A stretch of 45,991 nt of DNA from positions 1 through 45,991 of the forward strand of contig CAVXZB010000018.1 of NCBI GenBank assembly GCA_963765895.1, in the 5' to 3' direction. The position numbers were made by a program, and so were the translations under genes. Below, one piece after another: positions 42,110-45,991 of this stretch; the stretch's first letter is position 1, and every line of letters starts with the position of its first letter. The notes beneath the pieces were generated by a model. That model made no database searches. It was not told the origin of the DNA and worked only from the letters and a program-made list of their open reading frames with translations. Source of the stretch: an uncultured Nitrososphaeraceae archaeon (GTDB lineage Archaea > Thermoproteota > Nitrososphaeria > Nitrososphaerales > Nitrososphaeraceae).

Positions 42110-43102
42110 TTGGCTATAAGAATTGGTATTATGGCATCTCAGGAACAAGTGAATGCAATTGATCTGTTATCTGATGTCATAACTATGGAAGAAGGCGGTT
42201 TAGAAAGATGTTGGGTTAGTGACCATTATATGCCTTGGTGGCATGATGGAGGGTTTGCCGGCGCCACTTGGCCATGGTTAGGAGCAGCGCTAGCCAAGAC
42301 GAATAAGATACATGTTGGAACTTCCGTAACAGCACCAATACTAAGATATCATCCTGCAATTGTAGCTCAAGCATTTTCTACGTTAGGATACATGTTTCCA
42401 AATAGGGTGTTTTTAACTGTTGGAACAGGAGAAGCAGTAAATGAAATTCCCTCTGGAAACAATTGGCCATCAAATATGGAAAGATTCGAAAGATTAAAGG
42501 AAGCAATAGCTCTTATCAAAAAACTATGGACAGAAGAATGGGTTAATTTTTATGGCAAGTACTATTGGGTTAAGAATTCTAATCTATATACCAAGCCTCA
42601 GAAGCCAATTCCCTTGTTTGTGGCAGCCATGAAACCACAGTCAGCTATGCTAGCTGGTGAAGAAGGTGATGGGCTAGTAACAAATGAGCTTGATTTGGAA
42701 AATCTAAAGAATAAAGTCTTACCAGCATTCAGAGAAGGCGCAGAGAAATCCGGAAAAGATTATAATTTATTAACAAAAGCAGTATTTATACCGGCCTCCT
42801 ATGACCAAGATAAAGAGAAGGCGATCAAGTCAATTGCCTTTTGGAAAGGTGCAATGATAAAGGCATTTTTCGAAGTAGATGTCCATGACCCCCGAGAAAT
42901 ACAGGAAAATGGTCAGGTAGTAGGGGATGATACAATGCAGCAAATGGCATTTGTCGTATCAAATGCAGAAGAAGGTATAAAGAGAATAAAACAATATACC
43001 GAGATAGGATTTACTGATATAGTATTAATTAACTCCAGCCCTGACAGAAACAATTTGGTAAGGCTACTTTCAAAAGAGATAATTCCTCAGGTTAGAGGTT
43101 AG
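42110..43102 (+). CDS. F420-dependent LLM oxidoreductase (Fgd/Adf-like)
   Basis: SDHYMPW, WPWLGA, TAPILRYHPA, GTGEAVNE. Confidence 0.9.
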   Translation: MAIRIGIMASQEQVNAIDLLSDVITMEEGGLERCWVSDHYMPWWHDGGFAGATWPWLGAALAKTNKIHVGTSVTAPILRYHPAIVAQAFSTLGYMFPNRVFLTVGTGEAVNEIPSGNNWPSNMERFERLKEAIALIKKLWTEEWVNFYGKYYWVKNSNLYTKPQKPIPLFVAAMKPQSAMLAGEEGDGLVTNELDLENLKNKVLPAFREGAEKSGKDYNLLTKAVFIPASYDQDKEKAIKSIAFWKGAMIKAFFEVDVHDPREIQENGQVVGDDTMQQMAFVVSNAEEGIKRIKQYTEIGFTDIVLINSSPDRNNLVRLLSKEIIPQVRG

Positions 43103-43154
43103 AAAGTAGGGTAGTTACAGAATTATAGATTATAGTTAGCTGAAAAAATAGAGG

Positions 43155-44207
43155 ATGAGGAGGAGTAACAAGCTCAAAATGATAAAAACAAGCAATAGTA
43201 AAGAGCTTTCCAGTGCATTTATTATTCCATATCATGCAAATGGATATGATGATCAACATGACAGAAAAAAGCTAGTAATTGCTGATACAATCGAAGGATT
43301 GTTTTTACAAACTGATGAAGACTGGAGTGCAATTATTGTAGTCGATATGCATCTTAGTAAAGAAAACTACGATTACTTGATGAAATTAAAGCAAAATTAC
43401 TATCCAAAGATTGACATCATTTTTTTGGAGCGAAATGTGGGTCCTGGAGTAAGTAGAAATGTAGGGATTCTCGCAGCATTAGAACGTAATCATAGTATAA
43501 TACTTTTTAATGATTCAGATGACATATCTCACCCAAAGCGGCTGGAAGTGGTCAAGAAAATATTTTTGGAACAGCCTCAAATCGATGTAGTATATTCTAC
43601 CTTTGAAGTAATAGATGAGAATAATAGATTAACACCTGCTGAAAAAATTTCTTCACCGATTTTAGAAATATTGGAATCTCATATGCAGAACCCCTTGGAA
43701 GGCAATAACATCTGGATAAAAATGGGAACAGAAACTGGGATTACTAATATAACCTCCTCTACAGCTGTACGTACAAAATTTGCATATCAATGCCCTTTCC
43801 CGGATGAAAAAGCGTCAGAAGACTTTCATTCTTGGATGAGAATGTCAGCTTTTGGAGCCAACTTTAAATATACTTCATCAATCCCGACTAAATACAGAAT
43901 ACCAAGTTTTATGAAATATCAAACTTCAAGAACCAGAATAGGTCAGAGCAATTTTAATCAGATAAAAGCAAGAGTTGATACTGATGGGTTTTCCAAGGCA
44001 ATTGAAATTGCGCTTACAAGAGGTATCCTAAAGCCTGAGGAAATACCCACGATTAAAGCAAAGTTCTATAAAAGATTGGCCCAATCTATGAAGCGAGAAA
44101 TGGAAAACGAACTAGCTGATGAGCTAGTAAATAAAGCAGCGCAACTTGAATATGAAGGCCTTATTTATTGCTGCAATTCTGGCCGTCCGATCGTGGAGAA
44201 AATATAA
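43155..44207 (+). CDS. Glycosyltransferase family 2
   Basis: FIIPY, NVGPGVSRNVGI, FNDSDD, SEDF. Confidence 0.88.
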   Translation: MRRSNKLKMIKTSNSKELSSAFIIPYHANGYDDQHDRKKLVIADTIEGLFLQTDEDWSAIIVVDMHLSKENYDYLMKLKQNYYPKIDIIFLERNVGPGVSRNVGILAALERNHSIILFNDSDDISHPKRLEVVKKIFLEQPQIDVVYSTFEVIDENNRLTPAEKISSPILEILESHMQNPLEGNNIWIKMGTETGITNITSSTAVRTKFAYQCPFPDEKASEDFHSWMRMSAFGANFKYTSSIPTKYRIPSFMKYQTSRTRIGQSNFNQIKARVDTDGFSKAIEIALTRGILKPEEIPTIKAKFYKRLAQSMKREMENELADELVNKAAQLEYEGLIYCCNSGRPIVEKI

Positions 44208-44726
44208 CAATCTTCTGCCTTTTTATGAATTTCATTATTATCATAATACATCTTTGTTATTATTATTGGTATCATATATCCTGTCAATAATCCTTTGCAT
44301 TTTGTCTTAAAATACTTGGTATTAAAGTTAAGAGGTCTATCCATAGCTTGTGTAGGACCTCTTACTGAGATGAGATACAATTTAGTAGCTGGGTGTTTCT
44401 GTTTTGTATTAACCAAACCGTATTTCAACTTGCTTATTATCACTATTTCATCCTCTTGAGGTATGTATCGCTAGTAAATACCCCTTACTACCACGGCCCG
44501 TATAGTAGCAATCTAAAACATTTGATTGGTCTTAAACGTAAGCCTTTTACTTTGGATATTCATCTTCTGGAATTTGAAAGATCTTAATATTATGTATTTC
44601 TTCTATGTAAATCAACTATTTGTATAGTAGTTAATTTTCTTTAAGACATATTTAATAATGAATGGCCGCTTAGCCTTTAAGATTTAGAAGATAAAAATTC
44701 GATTGTTAATTCAATCCTCTTCTTTA

Positions 44727-45871
44727 CTACCATCGAAAGGTGGGCTCGTCTTCTATTACTTTATCGAAGATCTGAAGATAATTTTTAGTCATTATTTCAT
44801 CTGTAAAATGCCTTTCAACCCTGTCTCTACAAGATTCTGGCGAACATTCGTGGATCTTCTCAACATATTCTTCTAACTCTCGTGGAGTTCTAGCTAGAAA
44901 TCCATTGATTTGGTTTACAATTATATCGTTTAGTCCTCCATTAGCTCGAGCAAGTACCGGTTTACCATAAGCGTTAGCTTCTACAGCATATAATCCAAAT
45001 GCCTCTATCCAGGTGGGCTTAGGGCAAGCAATAACAGCTTTACATTTCTTAATTAATTCTGCCTTTGTTTTATTGTCTACAAGTCCAATGTACTCTGCCA
45101 AACCATTGGAATTTTGGCATTTTTCTCTTATCATTTGTACATATGAAAGATCTCGTACATGAATATCGTCACCAGCTATTTTTATAGCATTTCTTGTTCT
45201 AATAGCTAAATCAATAGAGTCTTCAATTCCTTTTTCTCTGACTATTCTATTTATCGAGAGAAGGTACCCTCCGTTCTTATTGTTATAATTACTTTTTAGT
45301 TCCTCTATCAGAGGTAGAGGAATTCCATGATGAACATACCTAACTGGTATTTTAAGAATAGACGACATATATTTAGCATGAAGACTAGATAGTCCAATAT
45401 ACCTAGGATATCGCAATTGTTTAACCGGAACTTTTTGGCGTTCTACGGTACCATGATTAGTATGAATTATTTTCATCTTTGGAAATTTCTTTGCTGACAG
45501 ATAGGAAAAGCAGTGCCATGTATTATCCCATACTATTCCATTTCCACTTCCATATTCTTTCTCCAGAAGTTCCTTGTACCTGAGATAGTGTGCTTCTTCA
45601 GCAGCCATTCCTTCCCAAGAAGGTTTTATCGTTTCTATTATGTGTAGATTGGATGGCAGTTCTTTTACCTTACCTGAAGAACCTCTAGATGATATCAAAG
45701 TCACATCATGAGATTTTCTGGCTATATTTTTAGAAACCCACATAACTATGGCTTCCAGACCTCCATTCGATCTTCAAGTTTCGAGATGAAATTAATCGGG
45801 AGGCGGAGTAGGTAAATTAGGGCTACTTATAACCAATACTTTCGTTTGCGAACACCAATCAGTATATGCAT
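44727..45871 (-). CDS. Glycosyltransferase family 4; N-terminus disturbed by indels
   Basis: GGLEA upstream, RIVREKG, EAFGLYAVEA (EX7E), GKPVL, NGFL. Confidence 0.85.
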
Positions 45872-45991
45872 TGATGTTTAATAATAATTACAGAGACCGC
45901 TTATGGTTTACACTTTATTATCCCTCAAATCGAAGATTGTTGAAGATCCATATACTGCATCGCTTATTCCTGACTGACTATCCCATCATCA

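Noticed and set aside
1808-44587. Short antisense or overlapping ORFs in the track (e.g. 1808, 2217, 3501, 8389, 15022, 17815, 21401, 28262, 30140, 37751, 44165)
   Set aside because: Shadows of well-supported genes on the other strand or frame, with no motifs

Overview
AT-rich accessory region, most likely from a soil ammonia-oxidising archaeon (Nitrososphaeraceae-like). This is inferred from an archaeal-type NuoB, an F420-dependent LLM enzyme and the integrase style; no database check was run. No rRNA, complete tRNA or CRISPR array is visible. The window reads as nested and decayed integrated elements followed by a stress-gene block. It contains (i) a tyrosine integrase followed by degenerate tRNA-3'-end (att-like) sequences; (ii) cargo genes: alpha/beta hydrolase, PRTase, an HTH-fused class III nucleotide cyclase behind a 13-bp VNTR, an expanded secreted Cys/Gly-aromatic domain family, DUF899, a full-core homologue of eukaryotic peptide:N-glycanase, a Ku fragment, a YVTN/RTX surface protein and an ABC solute-binding protein; (iii) a ~150-bp non-coding repeat in four diverged copies; (iv) a replicon-like module (AbrB-like gene, two paralogue pairs, MCM-like ATPase) whose 3' coding region holds inverted iteron-like repeats around a TA tract, interrupted by an IS5-like element with a 16-bp target duplication; (v) ferritin-like/DUF892/DUF2795-like genes, an orphan nuoB, an F420 oxidoreductase and two glycosyltransferases. 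Many genes carry 1-2 nt indels, several beside AGCT/GATC, so some apparent pseudogenes may be read errors. All family names come from motif recognition, not searches.
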